A stretch of DNA of 63,584 nucleotides, filler included, from Collodictyon triciliatum (taxonomy: Eukaryota), in assembly GCA_043381765.1 (NCBI GenBank). It is 7 parts of 7 records of this genome, joined end to end, with 100 filler letters (N's around TTAATTAATTAA, not from the genome) between each part and the next. Parts side by side here need not be neighbours in the genome. Positions count along the whole stretch, not along the records: positions 46,324 to 56,172 come from JBHJMP010002875.1; positions 56,273 to 63,584 come from JBHJMP010002887.1; 5 more parts are not named here. One strand, 5' to 3'. Positions 50,101-63,584 of the stretch are shown one piece after another. Numbering within the stretch: the stretch's first letter is position 1; every line of letters begins with the position of its first letter. The translations under genes were made by a program, and so were the position numbers. The notes below the pieces were generated by a model, which saw nothing but the letters and a program-made list of their open reading frames with translations, ran no database searches and was not told the origin of the DNA.

Positions 50101-53100
50101 GGAAATTGAAGTTTGACAGGAAAGGTGAGTATTGATTTCATATTTCACTCAAAAAAGTATCATTATAATGGTAATTGTTATTGAACGATTTTTTTTCAGT
50201 ACCCTCATCTGGTGGAAAAGAGACAATGAAGGCCGAGTATGTCTCCTTCTCGATGGAGGTTCTCTTTGTTTCCCGCATCGGCCTGAGTGAAGGTGACCTG
50301 GACAATTACATGAAAGATGCGATTGACACAGGATTCGGGTTTGCTGAGTGGTTTGCTTACTCTTGAAATTTAGTAGAATCAATAGGGTTACCCTTTTTTC
50401 TTTTCTTTCTTTTTAATTATCTTTTATCTACTCAAATAAGAAATCCTTCTTCGTTACCCTCATCGAGTCACTTTTCGTTCTTAATAGAAGGTTGGTGTTA
50501 TGTATCAATCCATTGATTCGTTAATCTGTGTTTTCGGTGTAATTTTATTTTGGATAAAAACTTAATAATTGTTCATTATAGATACATGTACTTCCACCAG
50601 CTGTTGCTGGAGACCACCGAAAAGGTCTACTTCTCCGAAGAGAAAGATATGGAAAAACACCCACGAAAAATACGGAAGATGGCTGTTTGGCCAGTATTAT
50701 GGGGCTACTGACGCGGATGAGGAGCTTGCTGCTGAGATATGCTACCAGCTTCTGAAGGGCAGTTCGTTTGACTTTTCGAATATATGAAGCAAAAATATGT
50801 AATTTTTTATTTTTCTAAATATATGTAATTATTTTAGTTATGCCAAGAATTTCTCGGATTAATTTCAATATTTTATAGGTTATCAGTATCATGCTTAGTG
50901 GTCGCTATCGCTACGAGTCCTTTGCATGATGAATAGCACTCAACGCGAGTGGAGCGGCAAATTACAAAGATGCTTATGGAAGCTTAGCAAAGGTTTAATT
51001 GATTTTTTTTATTATTTTAAGTTTACTAGTCACAAATTGTAATCATCAATCATGATTTAGCTTATAATTTTTTTTTAATTTTTCAGTCTTTGGATAATGT
51101 GAGAGACCTGCATGTTGAACAATTCTTAGAGACTTTTGAGAAACCTTTTTTATTGTCTGTTCTGAATGTGCGTCTTGGAAAGCATCAGACAGTAGGTATA
51201 CAATTTATTATCTTTTTGAATAATTTATGTCATGAATATGAGTTTATCTGTAAATATATTTATTAATCTATTAATTTATAGATTCAAAGGCTGCTGATTG
51301 CCTAAATATCGGTCGTGTCTTCAGGAACCTCCAGAAGTAGAAAAAAACCATTAATGATTATGACTAGGACATGACATCATGATTAAAATGAAAACTTTTC
51401 TAAAATGAAAATAAATAAAACAGCTGTGCTGAATTCGTGGTCTACTACAAGAAATGCCTCAATTCAGTTGAGAAAAATGCAGATGATTCCCTGCGTATTG
51501 CCACCATTCATGAAGATATGGAAACCATCTACCAGCAACAGGATAAGTAAGGCTCACTTTGAATTTTGTTAAAATAAATTATAAATAGTGTTTCAAAAAG
51601 GAACTATTCTGATTTTCTTATAAAATAGAACTGATGAAGCTCTTGAAGAATGCAAGAAATCACTGGACTTGAGAATCAAACTACTGGGCGAGAACGATTT
51701 GCAATTGGCCCAATCGTATAACCGCTTCGGAGACATCTATGTGAAGCAAGGAAAGTAATATTTTTAATAATTTAAATGATTCCTTATTTCTACTTCTTTT
51801 TTTGTAAATATATAAGTATGCTGATCAATTTTTATGATAGAAATGAGCAGGCTCTGGATGAATACACGAAGGCGATGGAAATCCGCCAAAAGAAAGTCGG
51901 AAACGAGCATCCTCTTGTCGCAACATCGTATCAGAACTATGGCTATGTCTCTCTGGCTGGGAAAAAGTAGCATATTCATTCGATGTAAGCTGTTTTAAAT
52001 ATAGTTATGATTTTTGTGTAAGATTAATACGATTGAATCACCAAGGTATGAAGAGTCTATTGATAAATTCGAAAAGGAGAAATCAATCCTTGAAAAATTG
52101 CTGGGAGCTAAGCGTGCATCTGTTGCCTCGACAATTCAGTTTATTGCAAACCTCTATCTCGCCAATGAAAAGTTGAAATTTCTAAATTATAGATATTTTT
52201 CATACAATTATTTTTCCTTTTCTTTCAATTTTTGAAAAATGAGTGTGGCTTTGTATTTTTCATTTGTATGGACTCTATTTGGGGTTAAAATTTTACATAA
52301 TATAATCCTAACTAAATAAATATTCAACAATTATCGTCTTATAAAGGAAAACTGAGGCCTTTTCCTCATTAAAGCAATCGCTGAATATTTTCATGTGTCT
52401 GCCCTGGGTGAAAATCATCCGAATGTCATGGGCTACCTATGAGATGATTGGAGACATCAACCATGATTTGAAGGAGTATCTATTTATTAATTATTTTCAT
52501 ATCTAGTGGAAAAGAATATTGTATTTACTATTATTATCTTAGCTTTAAGGGTGCTTTGGAGTCCTATACAAAGGCGTTGAATATTGGCGTGAGAACACTG
52601 GACGAAAAATATGCTGACTATGCGACTTCCCTTGAGAATGTTGGCCGAACAAACTTTGGGATGAAAAGGTAAATTGCTTTATTAAGATAGAATATATATT
52701 TTGAGTCCATTAGAAAAATACATCAATAATAACTAATGTGCATACATTTAAATTGGAACAAGTCGTTGAATACTTCCAGAAGGAAGCTGCTATCAGAAAG
52801 GAGACAAAGACTGTAATGTCATTGAAAGACGGTTCACAATGTACAAGAATTTCGAAACTTATGAGAGGCAAGAAAGAGCATGAGTTAGTCATTCAGCTTT
52901 ACAAAACACCTGCTGTTCGATACGGTGAAATGTCCTACTTTGAAAACTGGGACTGCTAGGTGGCTTGCGAGAATGAAGACAAGATTTACAAGGAACTGAA
53001 GCAGCATAAAGAGGGCGCAGCTTTCTGGGCTGAGATGAGAGACAGATTCGCTGGTAAACTTGAATGGATTCACGCCAGGACATTAAACTCGTGAGAATAC

Positions 53101-54230
53101 TTGTCCGTCCATTTAAAAGAAATCGCAGTCAATAAAGAGCCTGTCGATTTTACAAGAGTCAAGAAACTCATTTTTGAAACTCTTGATGATGCAAAACTAG
53201 ATGAGTAATGGAATTGTGAGCAAAAAATAGCATCATTATTCATAATTGTCTACATCTCAATGACTGATGAAAGCAAATCAAAGGCTGCGTCTGATGCAAT
53301 CACAGTCTTGAAATTCATGAATGTTTCGTTTGCTGGAATGGATTTATCAAACATCCAAACTCCACATAAAAATCTCAGCGAGTCAATCATAGATGGTGCA
53401 AATTTCACTGGTGCAACTTGGATGGCTTCGACTTTACGAATTTGATGCTTGGTGATTCTGTTTTTGATAATGCAAATATGAATAATGTGTACTTTGGAAT
53501 TCTGAATGATAAATTAGAAGGGCATACAAGCTATGTCAAAAGCGTTTGCAGTATTCAAGGACCGAATGGTGAAATATGGGTTGGCTTCTGGAAGTGAAGA
53601 TAAAACAATACGTATTTGGGATGTAGCCACAGAAAAGCAAACACACAACCTGCAAAAAACAGAAGTGATTAACACCCAAGAAAAATACCTTGTCAAGAAA
53701 GGAAAGCCAGACGATGTCCTCGCAGTATTCTACAGAACAAGTGATGCGATAAACATAATTGAATCCAACAGAATCCAAGGTGCAAAGATAGTCCAGATTA
53801 TCGGCCCAATAAATGCAAGGTGGATGCATTCAAATCAGAAATGTCACAGGAATAAGTCGATTCAAAAAAATCTCCTAGTTTCTATCGGTGCTATTTCCTT
53901 TGATGCGGATTTTGCTGCCTATTGTGAGCAGGGCAAGTTTACCGAGTTCCAGGCTCAAATGATGGCTGAGTGCTATGAAAATGGATGGAGTGTTGAGAAA
54001 GACGCCGAGAAGGCTCTTTTTTAGAGAGTAATCTCCCCTTTGAAATCATCATTAGGCTTTAATGGATTGAAGCAACTTGTTCAAGAAGGTTCAAAGGGCG
54101 CATTCTATGTTTTGAAAGAAATGACTGAAATGAAAGAAGATATCCTGAGCGATTGGGAGACAACATTGGGGAAAAGCACACATACCCACAAGCTGTTTCT
54201 ATTATCGCAGCATGGAAATGAATCTTGATT
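47189..54230 (+). pseudogene. DUF4062 - STAND/NACHT-like NTPase - TPR array - pentapeptide/WD40/Sel1-like tail (NPHP3/TEP1/NWD-like), disrupted
   Basis: IRVFLSSTFCDMQQERD...FIDLRWG...CLDSIEKCPYLVCSLGARYGW (DUF4062); Walker A AESGIGKSS (about 48813); FFHFVG; Walker B LIDAINQI (about 49343); 42-aa TPRs; AASDAITVLK...MDLSNIQ pentapeptide region; LASGSEDKTIRIWD; AQMMAECYENGWSVEKDAEKA. In-frame stops at 47784, 52957, about 53092, 53206, 53443 and 54022, plus frameshifts (e.g. about 48117). Confidence 0.82.
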
Positions 54231-55060
54231 CGTTGCTGCCACTAAAACATCATGTTTGGTGCAGTTTACATATGAATTATACAAAACTCGTGATATTCTC
54301 GCATCCGATGTTATCAAAACACAAGCATACAAAAGCCTAGATATGATAAAAATCCGAAAATTTGCAATAAGAAAATAATGTAGTACATAAAGGAATGTCC
54401 ATGACTGCAGAAGCTCATTTATTGCAATATTCACGGCAAATGAATGACAACCGAGGCGACAACATATCCTCACTCAAACATGCCTATCACCACAACGATG
54501 CCGCATTGCAAAAAAATTGAACCAGGACTGGGTACATTGTGTGTGCGGCTGCTAATTGTGTACCGCCATATGAGAAATTAAAATAAAAAACATCAGAAAT
54601 GGGCAAAAACATTATTTGAACTCGGAATGATTCCATTTGTTGATAACGCTGCTCGTTTGTAATGATTCATACATCAGCGGGCTTCTTAACTACGAGATGA
54701 AACGCTTTGCGATGTGCCTGCATGAAAGGCTATCTGTTTGCCATTCCCTTAACTTATTTTTTCTATTTGTGCAAGGTATGAAGTTTTTATCTTCGGTTTT
54801 CTAACTTTCGTTCATATGGACGCTCGTTGACACCCAATTGGTGAAGAAGTAGTTGGGAATCATGGATTGCATCTCACGGTTTGGCTGTAACATGTGTTTT
54901 GTACCTGCATGAGAGGTAAAGCGAGGTTTTATTTTTTTCTCAGCCTCTTTCCACATGTCTCTTCTCACAGGGTCTGAGTAATGAATAATGTCAAGAGACT
55001 AGACAAGCTGTTAAGGAAAGAAATAAAATAAACAACTATGAACTAAATAGTGATAATAAA

Positions 55061-55162
55061 TGTATGTATGTATGTATGTATGTATGTATGTATGTATGTA
55101 TGTATGTATGTATGTATGTATGTATGTATGTATGTATGTATGTATGTATGTATGTATGTATG
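55061..55162. repeat. (TATG)n microsatellite
   Basis: Tetranucleotide array. Confidence 0.95.
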
Positions 55163-55289
55163 TTGTCACGAATTATTTGTTCAAGTGTTCTTTAAATAAG
55201 TAATAACATACCATACATAAAAAACGACCTGGTATTTTTTGGCGGAGAAGCGTCACCCATCCTGAACGCTGCTTGCTTGATACAAACGA

Positions 55290-56050
55290 TTAATTGACAG
55301 CGCGAGCTTTTTCTTGTTTATTTTTCAACCCTCTCAATCGCAAAAGAGCACCTTCGAGAACCAGCACAGGCACAGAAAGTGCTGCAGGTATCCCTCGAGT
55401 GATAGGACGCCCAAACCATGGAAGATATCTTTGCCGCCAAGAGTGTTGTTCTATGGCTTCGGAGAATTGCGAACCCAACGGAAACCAGAGAACGGATGAA
55501 GTCTTGGACAAAAATATCAGATTCGAAAAAACCAAATAACATATTCTATCCACATTTGCATAAAGGATTTTATATGAAAATTATATAAAAATGGAAAATA
55601 AATTCAAAAGGAATTATACAAATGTGGAATATATCATACTAATTTTCTAACCACTTTAATATGGTATAAATTTCATAGAGATGATTCAATAAATGTACTT
55701 ACACAACTTCCACCAATTCAATTATTTCTCAGTCTAAGCAGACTAAACTTGAGAGCTTAAGTGGGTATGCGGCAGAAGAATTATTTCGCCTGCGTCGACC
55801 TTTTCTTTTTCGACAATTCGTTTCTTTATTTCTGTGATCCTGCAAACCCTACAGCAAATAATATACTGAACAGCCTCCAACACACATACACCAAAGAAAA
55901 AACCCAATGAACAAACCCTTAAAACCCACCCACGCACACAGAATCTGCAGCCACGCCCACCCTCCGGTCCGACGGCTCTGTGTTATCCTCTGCTTCTGCT
56001 TCGCTCGTCTGCCCCGCCTCAGAATGCGCTGCTGCTGTGCGACTTAACAT
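55290..56050 (-). CDS. Small hypothetical 3-exon protein, possibly ubiquitin-like fold
   Basis: GT-AG splicing gives MLSRTAAAHSEAGQ...VGVAADSV|ITEIKKRIVEKEKVDAGEIILLPHTHLSSQ|TSSVLWFPLG...RAVN*. The middle resembles ubiquitin [27 protein letters not shown]. Confidence 0.4.
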
Positions 56051-56096
56051 GTCCTTTCCCAATCGGTAAGTGCAGTGACTTTTTCCTTTTTCCTTT

Positions 56097-56172
<76 letters not shown>

Positions 56173-56504
56173 NNNNNNNNNNNNNNNNNNNNNNNNNNNN
56201 NNNNNNNNNNNNNNNNTTAATTAATTAANNNNNNNNNNNNNNNNNNNNNNNNNNNNNNNNNNNNNNNNNNNNCCTTTAGTTTGGTTTTTGAAGGGCTGAT
56301 GTCCTTCCCCCCTTTTTGTCCCCTCCAAAGTTCCTGTTTTTTTTTTTTTTTTTTTATAATTTTTTCAAATTGAATTCGATTTTCATGAAAACTTAAAGCA
56401 TATCTTAACAATACGCTGTACAAAACTTTTCACTAGCTGTTATTTTTTATTTTTAAAAGAATTACTCGACTTAATGAGTTGCTTATTCGTTAACGAAATA
56501 CCAG

Positions 56505-59500
56505 CCGAATTCCTCTCCCGGTCGATCGGTTGGGGTTCCCAGCGATGGGAGAGGATAAAAAGGCACTCCCACCAGGATTTTTCCCTCTGGATGATTTTGA
56601 CGATCAAACGTTCGAGGACCACTCACCGGAAGAATGGATATCATCGACGGGTTCTGTATGCACTTCCTTAAGCTAATGATCGATTTTTTTCTCTTAAAAA
56701 CAACATACAATAAAAAAAAGTGCCTTTTTGTTCCCGAGAAAATGTATTACACCTTTAATTTTTTTTATTATCATTATTCTACCGAAACAGGACGGATTGT
56801 CTGCATTCTCAAAATACTTCTCTACTGATGGCAGTTGGAGTTGGGAACCGTGTCATGTAATAGCATATGATCGAAACGAGAAGAGATTTGTAATCGAATG
56901 GCATCACTCGAAAAAGAAGAAAATGGTTTCTAGGTGTGCTACGAGAGGGGCTTCATTATTCCACTGAAAACATTCTGACATTTATTTATGAATCTTATCA
57001 ATTAGTAATGGCTTTCTTCGTTTGTCGTACTGCTTTTATATAATATTACTTAGTCTAACTAAAATTTTATAATATGTATATATAGGCTCAATCTCATTTT
57101 CAATAATGAAGATAGAATGAAATTCACACACAGATTGGAGGTTGCCTTATTTAATCGCCACATTGCAGAATCTCAACTGGTATGCAATATATATATATAA
57201 TAGATAATTTATGGGAAGAAATATTCTCTGCATAGGATGTATCTTTCTTGTTCTCTTCCAGTTTAACCCATTTTTTTTATCCTTATCTTAGTGTTGATTG
57301 TAGCTAATTCTTCCCCAAAACATAATAGAGGTATTCGAACAGACTCGATCAAATGCCTCTCCGCAATCTGCCGACTGTGCCACTCGAACAGCTAGACAGA
57401 ATAGTGTGCAGACTAGGCTTGGATTTGACGAACCGAGAATCACTCGTTTATAACCTTGCAATCGAGGTATCCAAATTACCGATATTCTCCATTCTCTGTA
57501 TTCTTGGAAAAAATCATAGCTCATACACAAACATCGAACAAAAGCAAAAGCAAAAGCAAAAGCAAAAGCAGAAAAAGAAAAAGAAAAAGAAAAAGAAAAA
57601 GAAAAAGAAAAAGAAAAAGAAAAAGAAAAAGAAAAAGAAGCAGAAACAAACAAGTAAACATTCAAAAGCAAAACATACCATATATTTATTTACAGGTATG
57701 TAAATATTTAATTAATTATGGGTACAAATTAACTAATTAGGTACGTACACTGTACAAACGGACTGTTAATAAGATTGACCTCGACATGAAGGTTGCATTA
57801 GAGGATGATGCAAACGTGTTATTGCCAGCAGTTCAAGCCGGACAATTGAAGTACAGGACATTGTAAGTTTTTTACGTAACAAGATGTTTACAATCCTATA
57901 CCCACAGTCAAACTTCTATCTCAGAAAAAATCTTTTAAAATTAAAACAACATTTAACTGTCTACAAGTGTAATGGGTGACATGCTGTAGATTGGCACCTC
58001 AAGTCGATTATCACTCTAAAAATTTAGTTAACATAAAACCATTTAAAGCTCTCCCTTGTTGGATATACCCAAATCGCCTGAGAATCAGTTTCCTTTTAAA
58101 GAACGTGTCGAGTTCATGGAGAAATCACTTATAATGGGTCTCATTTACAAATATTCTATTAGTTACACTTCACGTACCTATTAATAGGTTACAATATATA
58201 AAAAAAATGAGTTGCATACATTAACCACGTCCACTGTCGTAGGAAACGTTGGACTACACCGCGCTCTCTTGACAATAGTTGATCATATTTTCAGGGTTTT
58301 TGGTGTTGTAAGATTTCTGATGTCTTCCTTTTTTTTTTTCTTTTCAGTTTCTCACCCTTAATTATATCATTTAGTATACAATATACAACATATGCCCACT
58401 TAAAAACTTTACATAGGACTTTGTAAAGCCAATATATCTTGTTTCTGTTGAAGATTATTACAAGTATCAACTTCAAAATATTCATTCAGCATTTGCCGAT
58501 CTTAATAGAAGGTTAGTAGGAAATATCAATTCAATTCCTTCTTGTGGTATCCACGAATATTTACTCATTCGCGCGTACACTTCGTGAAGCATGAAATACG
58601 ATTTACCTCTTATGTTGTTCAGTATACCCCCGTTCATGTATTCAGGTGTCATGTTTTAGCGATTTAGCATTTCCTCTTACACAGTATTCTTGCGAACATG
58701 TCTGGTGCTGTGATTGGCTGTCTAAATCAGGAGTCCAATAAGTTGCACGAATTGCCAAGATACAGGAAGCTCGTCCGGATCTGCAACCAAGTGATATTTT
58801 CTTGCATTCCCCAATTTATGAATGAGATATAGAACCAATTCTAAATCAATTATTATATCAAATATATGTTTATAGTTATTGCAGTCATCCATTCGGCTGG
58901 CCCTCATTTCAGCTCTACAAAAAATTGCAGAGTCCTTCGAAAGTTATATAAAGAACGAAGAAATATATCAAAAATATGTGGTATATATTATTTTGACGAA
59001 GACAGCGGAAACGTAGTTTTTTTTTTTTTTTTGTTTAACAATCATGATGTCAAATCAAAAATATTATACATATTATATATTAGATCGTTTCAGAAGTTAC
59101 CCAGCCTGGCATTTTTAACATCGCAATTAACACATCCAACTCTATCCTTGAGTTCGACCCCAATCTCGAGATGATATCGGATTCCGTCCTAAGAATGGCC
59201 ATTGAATTAATTCGGGCTGCTCAGGTATGCATTAGAAGCTCTAGTCTATTTTTTTTTTTTGAACATTTTGATTCGTTCCAAATCAAGGACAATCACATAA
59301 AATGATGATTTCGTTCGAAAAAATAAATCTATCCATCTGCTCCTCGATACAACAATCAGAATATTCCCTACATGGACTGTCCCATGATCGACATGGACTA
59401 CGACCATCCTACTCTGTTACATACTTGCGACATGGATGAGCCAATAATCCAAGAGCCTTTGTCCCGCATATCTCGTGCAATGGGTTTGTTGGGGACATTT

Positions 59501-62500
59501 TCTTTCATTTTCTTTCATTTTCTTTCATTTTTTTTTAATGTAACTTGCTCCACCGAATATCAACCAGCCATTTTCCCTTTATATTTCTCTGTTAATTTTT
59601 CAAACTCATTAGATACTTTAATAATCCCACCAAGGGATTTTTTGAAACAATATGAAGAATATGAACCCCTCATTGCCACAAATTTGACGGATTACACTGT
59701 GGCACTCTCTACTGAAGATGTTTGCAACAAACTATTACTTAAATTATTAACTAAATTTCATGATTTCTGTAATTAATCCTGTTTATTTACGACAGCGTCT
59801 GTTGGCTGATATTCGTGCAGAGATCGATAAATTGGATTCCACTATTATCAGAATACGTGAATCAATGACCATGAACCTGTCTGTAAATATATTCGTCATC
59901 GACTTAATGGGATTCCGTAGCATATTGCTGACTAAATGCGAATCTCTCAGAACGGTAAAAATACAATCGCATGAAAACGCAAACACAAACAAAATAAAAG
60001 CAATAAATAAAACAAAAACAAAAACAAAAATGAATGTAAAATATTAATATAAGTAATATAAAAGTATAATTAAAATAGAAATAAATACAAACGAGTATCC
60101 TCTGTATATAGATATTACTTGAGTTTGTATTCTCCACCGCGTCTTCTCAACTAGGAGAGCTTAAAAGTAAATTAGATTATACCTGTAATAGACTTAAACA
60201 GGTCAGCGAAAAATCTTGTGTGATAACGCTAGCTTTATTCCTACCCCTATTCCTACTCCTATTGCTATTCCTATTGCTATTCCTATTACCATCACCATCG
60301 CAATCAACCTTCAAATGAAATACTATTCTTGTTTATAGTATTTGAACATCCTATATGTTGTCATTAAAACGCTTGAGATATGCTAAATTCATGAGTTCGA
60401 GATGATTAAATTTCTATGAACTATTCAGCCTCCTTCAAATCCTGATGAACTTGCCAGTCTGCGCGAGTTCATAAAAGAAACGATCGAGAACGAGGAGCAA
60501 ATTACATCTAAAATTCACGATGTGATGGTATTTTTTTATACTCCTTTTTATTTATTTATCTATTTATTTATTTATAGATAATTTCTTATTCCCTTGAAGA
60601 AAATTAAAAGACAGAAAATGATTACTTGATTACAAAGCATACTTTACTCTCTTGTGAGACAGCCTGAATCCAATCATTAACATAAATTCAATATTTAGAA
60701 AAGATTTGATTTTCTTGAGGAGCTCAACTACATATATGACCAAGGAGAATTCTCCATTAAGTGGGCTGTCTTTGGAATGCCTAGACTCATACAGCTACAA
60801 CTACAAGAGGTCCCCCCCCCCCTCCTTTCATAATATACAGAATTAGTATAGTGCCATTTTTCATTCCCGGACCAATTCTGTGGGAGCATGCTTCTTCACA
60901 ATCATATGTCCGATTTGTGTGTCATTTCTCAAACACTATTTAAACTCTCTTTAAGGTTGAAAGAACCGTCCAAGTAGAGAGGCTAAGAATGATTCGTGAA
61001 TTAAGAACCAATCAGAAAAGTTTGGACTCAGCTCTCGCTGAATTGAATAAGTCCGTTGAGGAATTGCAATCATATGACGACATCGAAATGGCAGAAGGGG
61101 TTGGCATTCATCTCTCTCTCTCTTAACATTTTGTTTAGTGTCACGTTAAATTGTTACATAAAGCGCTTCTTCGCTTTATGATAATAATATTTATCTGTCT
61201 TTCTTTTTCTTTTAATGTCATTACTAGCTCGGCGACCAAGTCAAACAAATTCAGGAAAGCTTTGACAATGTAAGACTTATCCCTCTCTTTTACATATCGC
61301 TGTAATTTTCAACAAAAATAATATTCGCAAAAGTACAACAGAAAATAAAAAAACAAAACTCTAACCATCAAGTTGGATAATCCTACATCCTCTTAAATAC
61401 ACATATGTATACTTAGGCTGAGTCGATGTATAATCTTTTCACTCGATACGAAACTCTGTTTGGCTTCGACAAAACCGATAATGCCACTCTGAAGAATCTT
61501 CAAAAGACTTTTGAACCGTAGGCGGCACTTGCCAAAATTCAATTTTATTATATACATCCAATTGTGATGTATTTTAATTATCGACAATTTTGACCAAAAA
61601 AAAAAGAAGCAAAAATATTAATTTTTTGCTACCCATTTTATTTAACATCTACCCATAGTTTGTACAATTTGTGGTCCATGTCCTCAGAATGGCTGCTCAA
61701 ATTTGCAGAGTGGACTAATTCGGCCTTCAATACACTTAATGCCGACCACATGGTAGGCTTAAATTACCGGTGTCATTATAAACACTTCACTTTTGATATT
61801 TGATATTTGACATATGAATAATAATTGTACCTATAAATCCGAATATATTTGTCCTTTCCCAATCGAATATAATTCGTTCATTTAGGATAAGTACATCGGT
61901 AACAACGGCAGAAAGCTTCGAAAGCTCATTCGAACATTCAAAACCCGAAAAGAGAATCCAGCCCTTCGCGTTTCTAACCAATTTAAGGACCTAGTATGAA
62001 TTATTGGTCTTTTTATGCATATTGGAAATGCTTTTATCCAGCAGCACCGCATATTCTATACCTCTGTATTTTATTTGTTGTTGATTCTTTTTCTCTATAT
62101 TATACCCAAGATGGAAGATTTTAAGCAACACATGCCACTCATATCAAAACTACGACACCCTGGAATTAAAGTTCGTCACTGGGAAGCTCTTTCCAGCAAG
62201 CTCGGATTTCACAGTATGATATTCTCATAAACGTCATCTATGACACAAGCGCATTTTTTTTTGTGGTCATGAATCTGTGCAAAATCAAAATAAATAATCC
62301 ATGTGCTCTGATTTGTTAGTCCCATCGGAAGGGAACTTCACTCTCGAGTATTTGATCAATTTACACCTTGAGCAGCATACAGAGGCCGTGAACGGGTAAA
62401 CCATACCATTTCATGCAAAAGTATGCAAAAGTATCCCTTTAATGTATTTAAACTTTTAGACCCCCACACATTATCTTATTCTCTTTTTTTTCCTATTTTA

Positions 62501-63417
62501 ATGGACAAATATCAACTGCTTACATAGTATAACGGATGTCGCTATTAATGAATACACCCTCGAATCCGCTCTTGATAAAATGGCACTCGAGCTTAGAGGA
62601 ATATCTGTGGATATTATCACATACAAGTAAGTATCCTGAACATATATACATTTTTATTTGCCTTTTGCTTGAATCCAATAAAACAGGAATACGATTTTAT
62701 AATTTTTTTCGATTTATTTTCTTTTTTCAGTTTTTGAGTGATTGTGTTAAGATTTATGTAATCAATCTAAGCTATTCGTGATACACTGCCCATTTTCTAT
62801 ATCTCTATCAACACTACTTCCAAATGAAGGGAGACTGGAACCTTCATCCTCCGCTCAACAGACGATTTACTTGGAGTTGTGGACGATCAGGTTGTTACGG
62901 TGCAGACCATGTTGAGCTCTCCTTTCATTAAACCCTTAGAAGGAACTGCTCGTGAGTGGCTAGCGAAGCTGAGATTTATCCAGGAATTAATGGAACAATG
63001 GTCAGTCTGTCAAAAACAGTGGTTGTATTTGCACCCGATTTTTGCCTCGGAGGACATTAATAGACAACTTCCAAACGAGGGACGCAAGTAAAAATAATTT
63101 ATTTCCAATAAATTATCAAGTTAAATTTTGGGCTCATAATTTTTATATTACATATATTTATTTTGGTTTAATAAATGTCAGGTACTACGCTGTTGACTCT
63201 TCCTGGAGGAAAATCATGACATCTGTTCGGCAAAATGCCAAAATTCTACAAATCTTGAATCAAGTAGATTACACCCATATATATATTATCAGAGGCAGCA
63301 AATGATCTTTTTATTATTGAAAAGAAGGATGTCTACGTTTACAACTCACCATCTTTTAGGAGCGTCTTCTTGAACAGTTTAAGGAATGCAACCAGCTTTT
63401 GGAAATAATCATGAAAG
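56505..63417 (+). CDS. DNAH1: Axonemal inner-arm dynein heavy chain (DNAH1-like), N-terminal tail and linker; partial at both ends
   Basis: FFPLDDFDDQTFEDHSPEEW, WEPCHVIAYD, SRLNLIFNNED...R (DNAH1-type N-terminus). DHC_N2 segments FKQHMPLISKLRHPGIKVRHWE, EYTLESALDKM, DDQVVTVQTMLSSPFIKP, WLYLHPIFASEDINRQLPNEGRK, VDSSWRKIM. Confidence 0.88.
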
Positions 63418-63584
63418 GTCTCGAAATTTCAAAATATCCTTTAAAATGTTTTGAAAACAATAGCCATTGTATATTGATGGTCTTTTCTTGTAATATAATG
63501 ATAAAATCAACCAAAAAAAAAAGAAAAAGAAAGGGAGATGTATTTGGCACATGAAATGTCCTTCGAGTATGCGTCCCCCCCCCC

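Noticed and set aside
47784-54024. Stop-codon reassignment suggested by in-frame TAG in the STAND gene (and a possible in-frame TAG near 21165)
   Set aside because: The same gene also has in-frame TGA and TAA plus frameshifts; intact genes end at TAG (UBE2O-like, CLASP-like), TAA and TGA and lack internal stops; the 21165 case can be resolved by an alternative splice choice.

Overview
Intron-rich, microsatellite-dense nuclear DNA of a eukaryote, probably a flagellated protist (axonemal dynein, SPATA17 and TTLL9 are present, plus an Era/ERAL1 fragment). The window is not one locus. Six 100-nt N44-TTAATTAATTAA-N44 spacers join seven apparently unlinked scaffolds, most about 9.85-9.9 kb long. 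I assembled genes by hand from GT-AG exons: an ATG22/UMF1-like MFS transporter, SPATA17, a secreted WD40 + Ser/Arg/Lys linker + FG-GAP-like propeller protein, a CLASP-N(TOG) + HSP20-like fusion, a WASP-type Arp2/3 activator (polyproline + WH2-WH2-C-A) carrying two Ras-association-like domains, an EMAPII/tRNA-binding C-terminus, UBE2O-like E2, an Era C-terminus, TTLL9, a RING E3, two hypothetical genes, a DUF4062-STAND NTPase-TPR pseudogene with one TPR per 126-nt exon, and a DNAH1-like dynein heavy chain. A non-LTR retrotransposon is represented by an RT fragment and by three related 3' tails, one with a perfect 17-bp target-site duplication. The most novel candidates are the RA-RA-polyPro-WCA actin nucleation factor, the secreted variable-surface WD40 protein and the exon-modular STAND-TPR receptor. 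All identifications come from recognising motifs by eye; no database search was run and exon boundaries are approximate.
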